64,000 nucleotides of DNA, taken from NCBI RefSeq assembly GCF_009914755.1, contig NC_060945.1; one strand, given 5' to 3'. Below the pieces are notes generated by a model. It was not told where the DNA came from. It did no database searches and saw only the letters and a list, made by a program, of their open reading frames with translations. Position numbers and translations under genes: made by a program. Positions 48,818 to 61,714 of the stretch are shown piece by piece (position 1 is the stretch's first letter; the number at the start of each line of letters is the position of its first letter). This DNA comes from the human T2T-CHM13v2.0 reference genome, Homo sapiens.

Positions 48818-48839
48818 CTCTTTCTTTATTCTTTCTTTC
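48627..48839. repeat. Compound (TTTC)n/(TTCC)n/(TCCC)n polypyrimidine tract (expanded Alu tail)
   Basis: Read directly; lies inside the Alu TSD. Confidence 0.95.
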
Positions 48840-49124
48840 ACACAGTTTCACTCTGTCACCCAGGTTAGAGTGCAGTGGAGCAATCCCAGCTCACTACATC
48901 CTCTGCCTCCCAGTCCCAGGTTCAAGCGATTCTCATGTTTCAGCCTCCCAAGTAGCCTGGATTACAGGCGCCCACCACCACGCCTGGCTAATTTTTGTAT
49001 TATTAGTAGAGATGGGATTTCACCATGTTTACCAGGCTGGTCTCGAACTCCCGACCTCAATTGATTCGCTGGCTTCAGCCTCCCAAAGTTCTGGGATTGC
49101 AGGTGTGAGCCACCATGTCTGGCC
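48840..49124 (-). mobile_element. AluSx-like
   Basis: Antisense Alu; TSD atttaggctataat (48613-48626) / atttatgctataat (49125-49138). Confidence 0.9.
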
Positions 49125-49879
49125 ATTTATGCTATAATATTTCTTAAAATTAACTGAGCTTAAATTATGTTTATATTTTATTTTATAAAATTAAAAAAAT
49201 GCTGACCAAATATTAGTGCTTTTATTCAACTAGTTATTACTTATTCTAACTTGATAATTTTCGCTAGCATTTTGTCATTAAGATCAGATTTGTAAAAATT
49301 ACAATTTCTTTTCTTGCTATGCTTATTCACACTCTACTATGATTTATCTTTCCTAAGACCATTGTGGAGACGTTGAGTGGCATTTGAAGACACTCGTAAC
49401 AGCATCTTTCAGAGACGTATAGCACTTAGCCTGTCAGAGTTAGCCTGTCAAATTTATTCTTAAAAGTAGACAAAAGTAGGATATCTTTAGACCTCAGGCC
49501 TTATGGTTGGTTAAATTTAAAGCATCTTATAAACTAGTTTCAGTTTCATTATACTAATGCCTACGTTAATGATTTACATCTTCTTAGCTCTGACAGGAGA
49601 CAATAAAATAAATTAAGTGGTCATGTTGAGTCTAAAGTAACCTTTTATCAATTGACAGTAATTATTTGTTTGAACTTTTATTTCATTTAAACTTGCATGA
49701 ACTTTTAAATAATTATCCATATAGTCTTTCTTGACAGATAAACTTTAAAAAATAAATAGCTAGAAAGTCTTACCTGGCTTTCTTGTGTGATTGACAGTTA
49801 AAATTTTAAAATGTAGCATTTACTTTACAGAAGGAAAATACTTAAAACTTTAATAATATCAATGTATAGTCTTTGCATT

Positions 49880-50000
49880 TGCTATAGTTTGAGTGTGTCC
49901 TCCATATTTCCTGTTGGAAACTTAATTCCCAATGTGGTAATGAAAGGTGGGGCCTTTAAGAGGTGATTTGATCATGAGCGCTCTGCTGTCATGAATAAAT
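49880..50000 (+). mobile_element. MST-like LTR 5' fragment
   Basis: 'tgctatagtttgagtgtgtcc...gaaacttaattcccaatgtgg...ggggcctttaagaggtgatt'. Confidence 0.75.
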
Positions 50001-50139
50001 TAACCATAACTCAGCATAATAAATTAAATATAAACTCAGCATGATGGTTTTCAGGAATTTGGAATATTATGAACATGCTGGAATATGTATTTGTCAAGAG
50101 GTAGTAGAAGATATGGTAAGAATGTTGAGCTGGAAAAAG

Positions 50140-50335
50140 ATCTGATGTCAACATACTTTCTGTAAAAGGCAAAAGAATAAATATTGAGGCATTTCAGGCC
50201 ACACACTCTGTATCACAACTGCTCAACTTTGTTATATAAACAAATGGATGGGTTGTATTTAAATAAAACTTTATTTACACAAACAGGCTAGAGGCAGGAT
50301 TAAGCTTGAGGCTATAGTTTTCTGATTCCAGTGCT
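50140..50335. mobile_element. MER58A-like DNA transposon
   Basis: 'ttctgtaaaaggc...taaatatt...cacaactgctcaact...aataaaactttatttacac'. Confidence 0.75.
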
Positions 50336-51084
50336 AGGTAATTGCACATATGTATATACCACTGCAGATATTATTTTTGAATTGTATTTTACATTTTATT
50401 TCTATTTTTTTCTATTTCAGCCCTTGACCTAAATCACATATCTTATTGAATTAAAAAAAGTTTTAAGTTTAAAATTTTAAAATCATTTTTAAAACGTTCT
50501 ACTTGAATTTTATGTTTCAATTGAACAAAAAACAAATAAAACATGCTAAGATGGCAATGGATGAGGACATAGTCTCTCAATTTGTATTTTTTCCACACCT
50601 AAAACATTCGAGTGTTTCAGGTAAAAATAAAAAAGTTTAGAAGTTCCTTAAGCCAGATTTTCAATTTATTTTATTTTATTTATGCTAAAGTTTTAAAAAA
50701 TAATGTTACAAAACAACAGATAAAATTTGTGTTCCTTTTAACTCTTCCACAATATTTATTGTTTTTTATTGCCTTCTTCTCTTGGGTTTAATATATATTT
50801 CACGTCCAACATTTCTATTTTTAATATACGGGTCAACATTATGTATATATATCACATGTGTTACATATATATATAAGTTACATATATATTACTTTATGAT
50901 CAATGTATAGTATAGATATGTGAAGTTTGAGACATATAAATCTTACATTAATCTTTCTCTTTATTCCTTCAACTTCATATTTATGTTTATAGACAAATAT
51001 TTTTTTCTCATTTATGATCTTATTTTATGTCTTAATAGTATATTTTCTTTTGTTTTCAACTTTAATTATCTTTAAATTATTTAT

Positions 51085-51370
51085 TATTATTTTTTGAGAC
51101 AAGGTGAAATGGTACGATCATGGCTCACTGCAGCCTCTACTTCCTGCCTCAAGGGATCCTCCCACTTCAGCCTCTGGAGTAGCTGGGACTAGAGGCATGC
51201 ACCATTACGACCTGCTAATTTTTAATTTTTTTATTTTTACTTTTTATTTTGTGTAGCTACAGGGTCTCCCTTTGTTTCCCAGACTAATCTTGAACTCGAG
51301 GGCTCAGGCAATACTCTCCTCTCAGCCTCCCACGATGCTGGGATTACAAGCGTGAAAAAAAACACCTGGC
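51085..51370 (-). mobile_element. AluJ (diverged)
   Basis: 'gatcatggctcactgcagcctc...ctcaagggatcctcccacttcagcc'. Confidence 0.85.
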
Positions 51371-52023
51371 TATTAATTTTTTATTTATTGTTTTCATTTT
51401 TTAGTGAAACTTTAGAAATTACACATTGGAATTCCACTTTTTATGTGAATATACTTTAAAAATATTTTATTACTCAACGTTATCTAAAATGTAGCAGTAT
51501 ATCTTTCATTTCAGCAATTCAAGTAATAAAATGTTAAGTATCTTAGAGTGTACTCAGTCTAGATAAAATCCATCTACTTTTCATTTTATTTATCTACAAT
51601 TTCTACACATTTTTATCTCATTTTAACACCCTCCAAGTTTGTTGTCTACATCACTTCATCATGATTATTTTTATCAATTATTTTTATAATAAGTACATAT
51701 TTAACACACCAAAATATTTAAAATTCCTTAGATAAACCTTAATACTTCTATATCATTTTTTCCTCAAAATCTTCCATTCTAAAATTGAAAAACCATTGAT
51801 TTTTCAGTAAGAATCTGTGAAAAGTAACTCCGTTTTTATTTCCTACTCTATTTCATTGTCTTGAAAAGATTCTCTCTTATTAGGGATTTTTATATTGATA
51901 ATATTTTTTTTTAGCGTTTGAAAGGCATTATTCCATTTCATCTTATTATATATTTTACAATAGTGGCCTGATTATTAGTCCTTTTTAAGAAAACTGTGTT
52001 TTTTTAATATATATTTTCTTAAT

Positions 52024-52415
52024 TGTTATGGTCTGAATTATGCCCCTCACCACAAATTCCTGTGTTGAAGTTCTAACCCCAGGGTCTCAGAATCTGACTG
52101 TGTTTGGATATAGCGCCCATAAGAGGTAATTATGTTAAAATTAGGGCATTACGGTGGACCTTAATGCAATATGACTGGTGTCCTTATAAGAAGAAAAAAT
52201 TCTGACATACAAAGAGACACCAGGGCTAAGTGTGTAGAGAGAAAAGACCATGGGAAAACACAGAGACAAGGAAGCCATCTGCAAGCCATAGAGAGAGGCT
52301 TCTGAATGAAATCAACCCTGTCCACACCTTGATCTTTCAGTTTCAGCCTTCACAACTGTGAGAAAATCAATTTCTGCTGCCTGTTGTACTTTGTTATGAC
52401 AGCCCTAGCAATACA
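52024..52415 (+). mobile_element. MLT1B-like MaLR solo LTR
   Basis: 'tgttatggtctgaatt...atgactggtgtccttataagaag...gacagccctagcaataca'. Confidence 0.85.
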
Positions 52416-52749
52416 ATAAATGTGACTGTTTTCCTCCAACTTCCGAAGGTCTACAACCATTTTATTGAGATGCCTCTAAGTGCAGTATTTTTATTAGATG
52501 TGTGAGGGGCTTCTTACCCTTTTCTGCATAGATTATAATTTGTCTCACACATATATCTCATGTATTATCTCTCTTCCACGGACTCTCTAAGGTTTTCTCA
52601 TTTCCATCTTCTAATTGACTTGATTTTCGCTTTTGTATATGTATATTTAGTAACCAATATACTATTTAAACATGTCCTCTGAGTTTTATTTCGGTGGCTA
52701 CATTTTGTCGTTTCTAGAATTGCTATTCTGGTTCTGTTTCAAATGTATT

Positions 52750-53003
<254 letters not shown>

Positions 53004-53450
53004 TGTTTTTTCCATGATATACTATTTGTACCCTATGGAGTACCTGTTTTTCTACTTAGTTTTGAGGACTAAGACTGAGTATTTAAAATTGCCATTCATA
53101 TTACTCTATTGTGAGTTCTTGCAGTGCATAATCTGACATTCATTACATCTACTGACTCTCATAGCAATTAGCTTCTTTATGTATGTAAGTACGCATGTGT
53201 GTGTGTACTTTTCTCTGTGAGCTTTTCTTCAGAGGTGATTGTTTTCCTATAGGAGCCATAGCTACCTGAGGTAGAAATGTGTACTTATGAAGTGATGACT
53301 GTTGTGTACTATAGAAGATCAAAATAATTTTGTAATTAAAGAGCAGTTATGTTAACTTCTCAGCTCCAGGATGATCAACATCACAGATAACAAGACTTGG
53401 TACCTAACACTAACTTGGGACATGGGCATGGGGTTTGGGGTTTCATGGTA

Positions 53451-53527
53451 ATTCCTTTTCTACCCACGACCCCAAGTGGATAGCTAACGATTCCTTTTCT
53501 ACCCACTACCCCAAGTGGATAGCTAAC
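53451..53527. repeat. 39-bp tandem duplication (2 copies)
   Basis: attccttttctacccac(g/t)accccaagtggatagctaac x2. Confidence 0.95.
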
Positions 53528-54286
53528 TTACATAATGATTCCTTAGACTGGTGAACAGGATATTCAAATCCCCACTTCACAGATAGAATGAACTTCATGG
53601 ATTATTCAAGGACATTCAATATTTTCACTGGGCTTGGGCACAAAATAATTCACTCTCATGTGGACATTAAAATGTCAGTAACCAGGCCCTAAGGGCTGTA
53701 TCCAGTATGGCTGCCCCAAGGTTATGTGTCTTTGGTGTCCTCTACCGGCTTTGATTTGGAGGGTTCTCCTAATTCTGATACCTAAATATTACCTTTATTT
53801 TACTTTGTACTAACACTTGTTCTAGAATGCAAAATGCTATGCTTTGTGAATTTTTATATTTTTGAAGCTGAATTTCTCATATCGGCTCACCCTACCATAG
53901 GAATAAAAATTTTCTTTTTAAACTATCAGTGAGGAAATAGGTTTCAGACGAATTATACTTAATGGCAATTAAAAATCAGATTTTCTACTATGACTTAATA
54001 GGAAGTATTTTTCCAGAATAATAAGTTGAAGGAGACTTCCTTCTATAGTTTCTAAAAGTCATAGCTAATTGCTATTTATTAGTGAAGATCCTTATAATTG
54101 TAAACATTTCCTCCAAAAAGAAATTTGAAAATCATTTGGAAACTACTAATGAAATACCACAAAATTACAACAAAGAATGTTTCCTCTCGAACCACAAATT
54201 AAGGAGGAGGGAACAGAATACTGAGTCACAATGGAATATAGAGTAGAAATGCTACCTACAAATTTATATTAAGGAGAAAAAAATGA

Positions 54287-54679
<393 letters not shown>

Positions 54680-55343
54680 TTCTTGTGTAAATTTTTAATT
54701 CAAGATTTTTTCACATTATATTGTGTTTGAAACTAAAACTATCAAAATACTCACTAAAGTGACATTTTAAAATAATAAAATTAGGGTAGATTTTAGTTTT
54801 CTAAAATGTCTATATTACTCTACTAATTTTGTAGTAAAAATAAAATTTATGAATTTAAATTCTGTATATCTTAGATTCTTATTTGACCTGAAAGGATAGC
54901 AAGGAATTAAAGAGGACTAAAATGTCAGACTGCCTCTCTAGAGAGAGTATGTCTTAAATGAGTTCATACACTGAATTGATATTAAAAATACAAAGAGAAG
55001 AAATAGAAAAAGGCTAATGACCGGCCACAGAGAACTTGCTATGAGATGATGAGCTTGGCTTTTTCAGCCTCACGTATAACTTTCTATTGCAAAGTTACTA
55101 AATGTACAGATATGACAAATATCAGAGAGAATTAATGTAATCTAGTCAGCTTAGTGTCACATGATATTAAAGACAGTATCAAAAACAGACATGAACCGAA
55201 AATTCATGCTTGTGTCAGAGGGCAAAACCAACCAACCAACAAACAAAAATAAATCTGTCCTTCACGGGTTTCTAAGAAGTTGGTAATTAAGGAAGTAATT
55301 TATTGGGTAAATTTTATTTCTTTCAAAAACAGATGTTTCTATC

Positions 55344-55982
55344 TATGATGGTTAATTTCATGTGTCCATTTGACTGAACCACAGCACCCAGACATTTGGT
55401 CAAACATTATTCTGAATTTTCTTTGTGGGAGTTTTTGAATGAAGGATACATTTAAATCAGTGGACTTTTGAGTAGAGCAGATTGCCCTTCCTATGTGAGT
55501 GGGCTTTCTTCCTTCAGTTGAAAGTCCAAATAGAACCAAAAGGCAGACCTCCTCTGAGCATGAGAGAATTAGGTTAACATATATACATATATATATATAT
55601 ACACGCACACACACATACACACACACACATATATATACACACACATATATACATATATATACATGTGTATATATATACACATATGTGTATGTGTATATAT
55701 ATGTGTGTGTATATATATGTGTGTATATATAAACATACACATATATACACATATATATATACACACTATATATGTATATATACACATATGTATATATATT
55801 TGTATATATGTATATATAACCATATGTATATATATTTGTGTATATGTGTGTATATAAATATATATGTGTGTGTATATATATATTCTCCAGAGAAACAGAA
55901 CCCATAGCATATATATACACATATATGTGTATATATATATGTGTGTGTGTATGTATATTCTCCAGAGAAACAGAACCCATAG

Positions 55983-56022
<40 letters not shown>

Positions 56023-56087
56023 ATATATATTTTATATATATATATGCGCTATGGGTTCTGTTTCTCTGGAGAACCCTAACTAATACA
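55344..56087 (+). mobile_element. MLT2B-like ERVL solo LTR with a ~465-bp internal TA/CA/TG tract (~55579-56045)
   Basis: 'tatgatggttaatttcatgtgtc...cccagacatttggtcaaacattattctg' and the end 'ggttctgtttctctggagaaccctaactaataca'. Confidence 0.9.
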
Positions 56088-56699
56088 GTTCTCACAGCTT
56101 CCTCACTTCTTATTTTCAGGGCTAAAATCTATGCTCGATCTCTCATTCCATTTATCTAAGACTGTAAAGGGTAAAATGCTATGAATTTTTGCACAGTCCA
56201 GTTAAATTAAAAAAAGACGAAAACAAAAATGATAGTCCATAAACAACGTTATGTTAAGAGTAGTGTTTTCACAGTCATATTTTCATTTTTTAGATAACAT
56301 ATTTTTGGATCTAACAGATTTATGTTTTAATTATTTTGAAATTACATCTATTCTAAAATACACATTCATTCCCAACTTTAATGTATTTTGCATTTTTTAA
56401 GTTGTTTGGTTGAAATTTTGGAAACATAATCCAAAACTAAGATGTTTAATATAATAAAATTCCCAAATGAGAAATGTCAGTTCAAATGCCAAATTAAAAA
56501 TCTTTTAAAGTTGTATTTTTCTGTTCATATAGATTTTTAAAAAATTTTCCAAACTGTCCCTTTGTATTTTCAAATATGTGTTATCTGTAATAGTCTTTCA
56601 ACAAATATTCATCACCCAACAATCGTGTGTATGGCTCTGGGAATATAGATGGGAAAATGGAATAAAAAATAAATTTCTACTTAGACCTTAATATTATTT

Positions 56700-56930
56700 A
56701 TTAAGAACAACGGGCTCTGGTGTCAAGCAAGCACGAGCTCGAATAACATGTGTTCGTTATATGGCTGCGGGCCTGGTGCTTCATCTAATAAACTTCAATT
56801 TCCACATTGCAAACCAGAGATGATAATGATATATACATACAGAGCCTCTAGGAAAATTAATAACGACAATGTGCTTAGTGTGCTCAGCCTGGCATCTGGC
56901 AAAGTATGCCTGCATCAGTGTTAACAATTA
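56700..56930 (+). mobile_element. MIR remnant
   Basis: 'ttaagaacaacgggctctggtgtca...cttcaatttccacattgcaaacc...gtgcttagtgtgctcagcctggc'. Confidence 0.55.
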
Positions 56931-58289
56931 TAAGTATGTTTCCTGTCTCTAAAGCTGGTGCTCATTGCACCATCCAATAAATGACTCGATTTTATCTACT
57001 ACCTGGCTTTGTCCATGCTGTTGTCATTTCTACTTTGTATAAATATCTATTCTGGAGATTACTGAGTTTTTAACAGCTTGTCAAAATCAATATTAAAATA
57101 ATAGCTTCCATATTTTATGAAGATTAGGGATAAATGGAAGACAATCTACTTTATCCTCAGTTAGACAGGATTTTACTTAAGTCCCTCAAAGAAAAAAATC
57201 AATTTTAATCTTTATCTCTGTAGTGTCTCCTGCTAATATTTTATCAACTCTTAGAAATCCCTACCAGATCTTGTCTACATTTATATGTTACTCATCACTC
57301 TTCATTCTGCATGATTGGGCTTAGTGGAGGCCACCGGGTTATCATCAGTGACAAAGGAGCTGTTATGTATTATATAATACAATTTGTCTTCTCAATATTG
57401 TCACACCCAGAATATTCCTTTTTTCATTGCATTTCTTTATCACTAATTTTAAAACGAATTCCATTGCTTTCTCCAGAACTCTCTTTACATTTCCCAAAGA
57501 AGCACTGATTTTGATTAGGAAAACAAGTCAAGGCACAACTGAATACAACATAAGAATTACCTCATGGTTTCTCAGTGCCTGTCTCCTATTTAGAAATTCA
57601 GCACTGTGTTTGCTTTCTCCAGAGCTGTATCACTCATGGCTAGATTCTTATCTACTATGACACTTAGCTATTCTTTGGCCATATTTGCATTTCTCATATT
57701 TTTGCATTGAAAATTTATGTTTCTCTTCAAACATACTACCCTCATCTTATCTTGATTGCATTTCTTCCATGTATTTTTTCATTTTCCAAGTTCACGTTAA
57801 AGGTGGTGATTTTATCTTCTGCATTTGTAGCCACCTTCTTGTCCTCTCTTGTTTTTTAATGTTATCTTTGGCGTTAATGAGTACAGAGAATATTCCATCA
57901 CCCTGTTTTCATAATGTATTCTGTTAAATAATTCATGGATTAACATTAACCACACATTTCTACTAAGAACTTTATTAATGCAATGGTTATTTCAATTAAC
58001 TTTAATTGACTAAACTGAGCATGAATCCTAAGCTCTTGGTTTTGACATCCTTCCAGTGATGATTACTTTGCATTAACTCTCCACTTACTAAAAAATCTGT
58101 GTTTAATTATACACCCTAATTTTCAGCACTGTCTGTTACTTGATTCTAACGTGATTTGAATGTTATCTTCCTTTATTTTTAGAAAGTATAAATATTATGT
58201 ATAAGAATGAAGACACAACTGTGGTTGGCTGGTGGGGAAATGGAGTAAAAACGGTAGGAGCAGCAACAGAAACATGTCACATTACTTAT

Positions 58290-58596
58290 TTGCTACCGTC
58301 TGAATGTTTGTGTTCCCCCAAAGTGTAAATGTTGAAATCTAACCCCCGGTATAACGATATCAGAAGGTGGAGCCTTTGGGAGGTGGTAAGGCCATGAGGG
58401 CAGAGCACTAATGAAGGAGCTTAGCGGCCTTATAAACTCCTGAGGACAGCCATTTATAAATTAAAAAGTGGGCTCTTTTCGTACACTGTTGGCACCTTGG
58501 TCTTCCCAGTCTTCACGACTTTGAGAAATAAATGATTGTTGGTTTACGCACAACATGTCTATAGTACATTTTTATTAGTCCCAGTAAACTAAGACA
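58290..58596 (+). mobile_element. MLT1A0-like MaLR LTR
   Basis: 'tgctaccgtctgaatgtttgtgttccccc...aaactaagaca'. Confidence 0.8.
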
Positions 58597-58863
58597 ATAT
58601 TATTTTATTCTTTCAGGCTTATTAATACATTGTACAATGGATTGGAGATTCAAAGGTAAACAATGTAGGAGAGACTATGGGGTTGTAAAGATTTTATTTG
58701 AGAGATAAATTATTAGCAATGCAAATAAATAAAGATGTGATATGCTCACTCATGGGGGCATGGGTTCAGAAGAGCCCATACAAATGGCTTCTATTACAGA
58801 AAAGTATGGAGAGAGCATTCAGGAAAACTTGACCTGGGAACTGATGAATGAATAGAATTGAGT

Positions 58864-58867
<4 letters not shown>

Positions 58868-58914
<47 letters not shown>
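58868..58914. repeat. (GT)~23 microsatellite
   Basis: Read directly. Confidence 0.95.
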
Positions 58915-58915
<1 letters not shown>

Positions 58916-59079
58916 TGTCTGGAGCAAGGGGCCAAGAAAAGGTGGTGTTAGGCAGAGGAGAAACTTGGAGAAAGAACTGCTGACCAAACAAATGTGAATC
59001 TTACAAAAAAGGACAGAATTAAATTTTGTGTAGATGCTGGGGCATGGCTTGGGGTGTTGTTTGAAAGGGAGACAGGTGT

Positions 59080-59790
59080 AAGCTCTTGAAATGCCTTGTA
59101 AGCTGGGTTGAACAGTACCAATAGTGTCCTAATTTTGGACAATTTTGCCATCTACTGAGATCAGAAATCAATAACAGGTGCTTTGGTGAGCAATATGATA
59201 CTTCATTCGGTTTTGGGCAAGCTGAAATGGAGAAACATATTGTAGTTTCAACAAGAGACATCAAGTATATAGTAGGTTTTAGAAATTTAAAATTTGAGAG
59301 AGGAATTGAAGAATTCAGCCTGAAACTATCAATGTGCAATTTGTCAAAAAAGGTGGTGGATGAAGCCATGATAGCATCCAGCTCATCTAAAAATGAGCCT
59401 ACAACAGAGATTGTCATGAGCAGTAGCAGTGTAAGAGCATGGTAAAGAATATGAAACAAAACATGTATTTTTATAATGGAAAGAGTGCTCAGTTCTGTTC
59501 AGTGTGTTGATATTGCAAAAGTGTCTACTCTGCTATCGGGGGATGTTGGTATGAGACTTGGGAAAGCGCAGTTTAAGTACAGAAGTGGCATCATAAATCC
59601 AAATAGAATCAATAGAAGAATAAATAGTGAAATATTAATAATAGAGACACTGAGTAAAGACAGTTATTTCAGTAAGTTTGATCTTCAGAAAATGGAAAAA
59701 TCTCAAAGTCAAAATATCCTTGAGATGTAAGAAGAATTTTATATTGTCAAGTACAGGATGATGAATCCTATTTAAATGCTGAAATGAAGT
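59080..59790 (-). mobile_element. Degraded L2 remnant
   Basis: 'ttcggttttgggcaagctgaaatggaga...gagacatcaagtatatag...gtggtggatgaagccatga' resembles antisense L2 ORF2. Confidence 0.5.
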
Positions 59791-59989
59791 AAGCTATTGC
59801 TACGGTTTGAACATTTATGCACCTATCAACATTTATGTTGAAACATAATTCCCACTGTGGTGGTATCAAGAGGCAGGGCCTTCTGGGACATGATTAATTC
59901 ATGGGGGCTCTGCCCTTAAGAATGGATTAGTGCCTTATAAAACGGCCAGTAGGAAATAATGTAGGAACTTTTTTGTCTTTCCCCCCTTC

Positions 59990-61306
59990 TGTGACCGGAA
60001 TTGGTGGGTTCTTGGTCTCTCTGACTTCACCAATGAAGCCGCAGACCCTCGCGTGAGTGTTACAGTTCTTAAGGCGGCACGTCTGGAGATGTTCTTCCTG
60101 CCAGTGGGTTTATGGTCTCGCTGGCCTCAGGAGTGAAGCTGCACACCTTCTTATAAAGTCAGCGTGGACCCAAAGAGCAAGCATCAGCAAGATTTATTGC
60201 AAAGAGGAAAAGAACAAACCCTCCACGATACAGAAGGGAACCTGAGCCAGTTGCCTTTGCTGGCTCAGGCAGCCTGCTTTTATTCCCTTATCTGACCCCA
60301 CCCACATCCTGCTGATTGGTCCATTTTACAGAGAGCTGATTGGCTCATTTTACAGAGAGCTGAGTGGTCCGTTTTGACAGGGTGCTGATTGGTGCATTTA
60401 GGGACCTTGAGCTAGACACAAAAGTTCTTCAAGTCCCCACTAGATTAGCTAGACACAGAGCACTGATAGGTGCGTGTATAAACCTTGAGGTAGACACAGG
60501 GTGCTGATTGGTACATTTACAATCCTTTAGCTAGACACAAAAGTTCTCCAAGTCCCCACTAGATTAGCTAGATACAGAGTGCTGATTGGTGCATCCACAA
60601 ACCCCGAGCTAGACACAGAGTGCTGATTGGTGCATATACAATCCTCTAGCTAGACATGAAAGTTCTCCAAGTCCCCACCCTACTCAGGAGCCCAGCTGGC
60701 TTCTTCCCCTAGTGGATCTTCCGCCGGTCCATGGGCGGAGCTGCCCGCCAGTCCTGCACTGCAGCGCCGGCAGTCCTTAGCCCTTGGGCGGTGGAAGGGA
60801 CCAGGCCCCGCGGAGCAGGGGAGGCTTGGGCCGCGAGGGAGCCCACGGCGGGGTTGGGGGAGGGCTCGGGCATGGGGGGCTGCAGGTCCCGAGCCCTGCC
60901 CCACAGGAAGGCGGCTGAGCCTCGGAGAGAATTTCAGCACGACGCGGGAGGACTGGCAGTGCTGGAGGACACGGCCCACCCTCCGCAGCTGCTGGCCCGG
61001 GTGCTAAGTCCCCTCACTGCGCAGGGCCAGCGGTGCAAGCCGGCCGCTTGCAGTGCGGGACCCGCTGAGCCCGCGCCCACCCGGAACTCGCGCTGTCCCG
61101 CCAGCGCAGCGCGCAGCCCGGGTTCCCACCCGCGCCTGTCCCTCTACACCTCCCCGCAAGCGAGGGAGCCGGCCCCAGCCTCGCCAGCCCAGAGAGGGGC
61201 CCCACAGCTCAGTGGCGGGCTGAAGGCCTCCTCGAGCATGGCCAGAGTGGACACCGAGGCCGAGGAGACGCGGAGAGCCAGCGAGGGCTGCTATTGTCAC
61301 CTCTCA
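59990..61306 (-). mobile_element. LTR12 (HERV9/ERV9; LTR12C/D/E-like) solo LTR
   Basis: Minus strand begins 'tgagaggtgaca' and ends 'gaacccaccaattccggtcaca'; tandem 'gctgattgg...ctagacaca' U3 repeats; flanks CTTC / TTTC. Confidence 0.95.
60250..60640 (-). promoter_or_regulatory. LTR12 promoter: six intact CCAAT (NF-Y) boxes plus TATA-like AATAAAA, firing leftward
   Basis: 'ctgattgg' x6 between ~60310 and 60630; 'cttttattcc' at ~60277-60286; matches known LTR12 architecture; activity not shown. Confidence 0.65.
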
Positions 61307-61442
61307 TTTCCATCAGGTAAGGCCGTAGCGTTTCCACCTTTTGTCATGTGAGGATGTAGCAGGAAGGTCCTCAACAGATACCAAATGCTAGTGCCTTGGT
61401 TTTAGACTGCTCAGCCTCTAAAACTACAAGAAGTAAATTTAA

Positions 61443-61714
<272 letters not shown>

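Noticed and set aside
55339-56095. Stack of long ORFs up to 226 aa
   Set aside because: Translations of TA/CA/TG dinucleotide repeats, which lack stop codons
59019-59459. 146-aa minus-strand ORF
   Set aside because: Overlaps a degraded L2-like remnant; no recognisable protein family
60400-60680. Regularly spaced direct repeats, superficially CRISPR-like
   Set aside because: These are the known LTR12 U3 tandem subrepeats; the 'spacers' are themselves repeated
60680-61351. GC-rich ORFs (up to 206 aa) that look like a first exon or CpG-island gene
   Set aside because: Almost entirely LTR12 U3 sequence; GC richness explains the scarcity of stops
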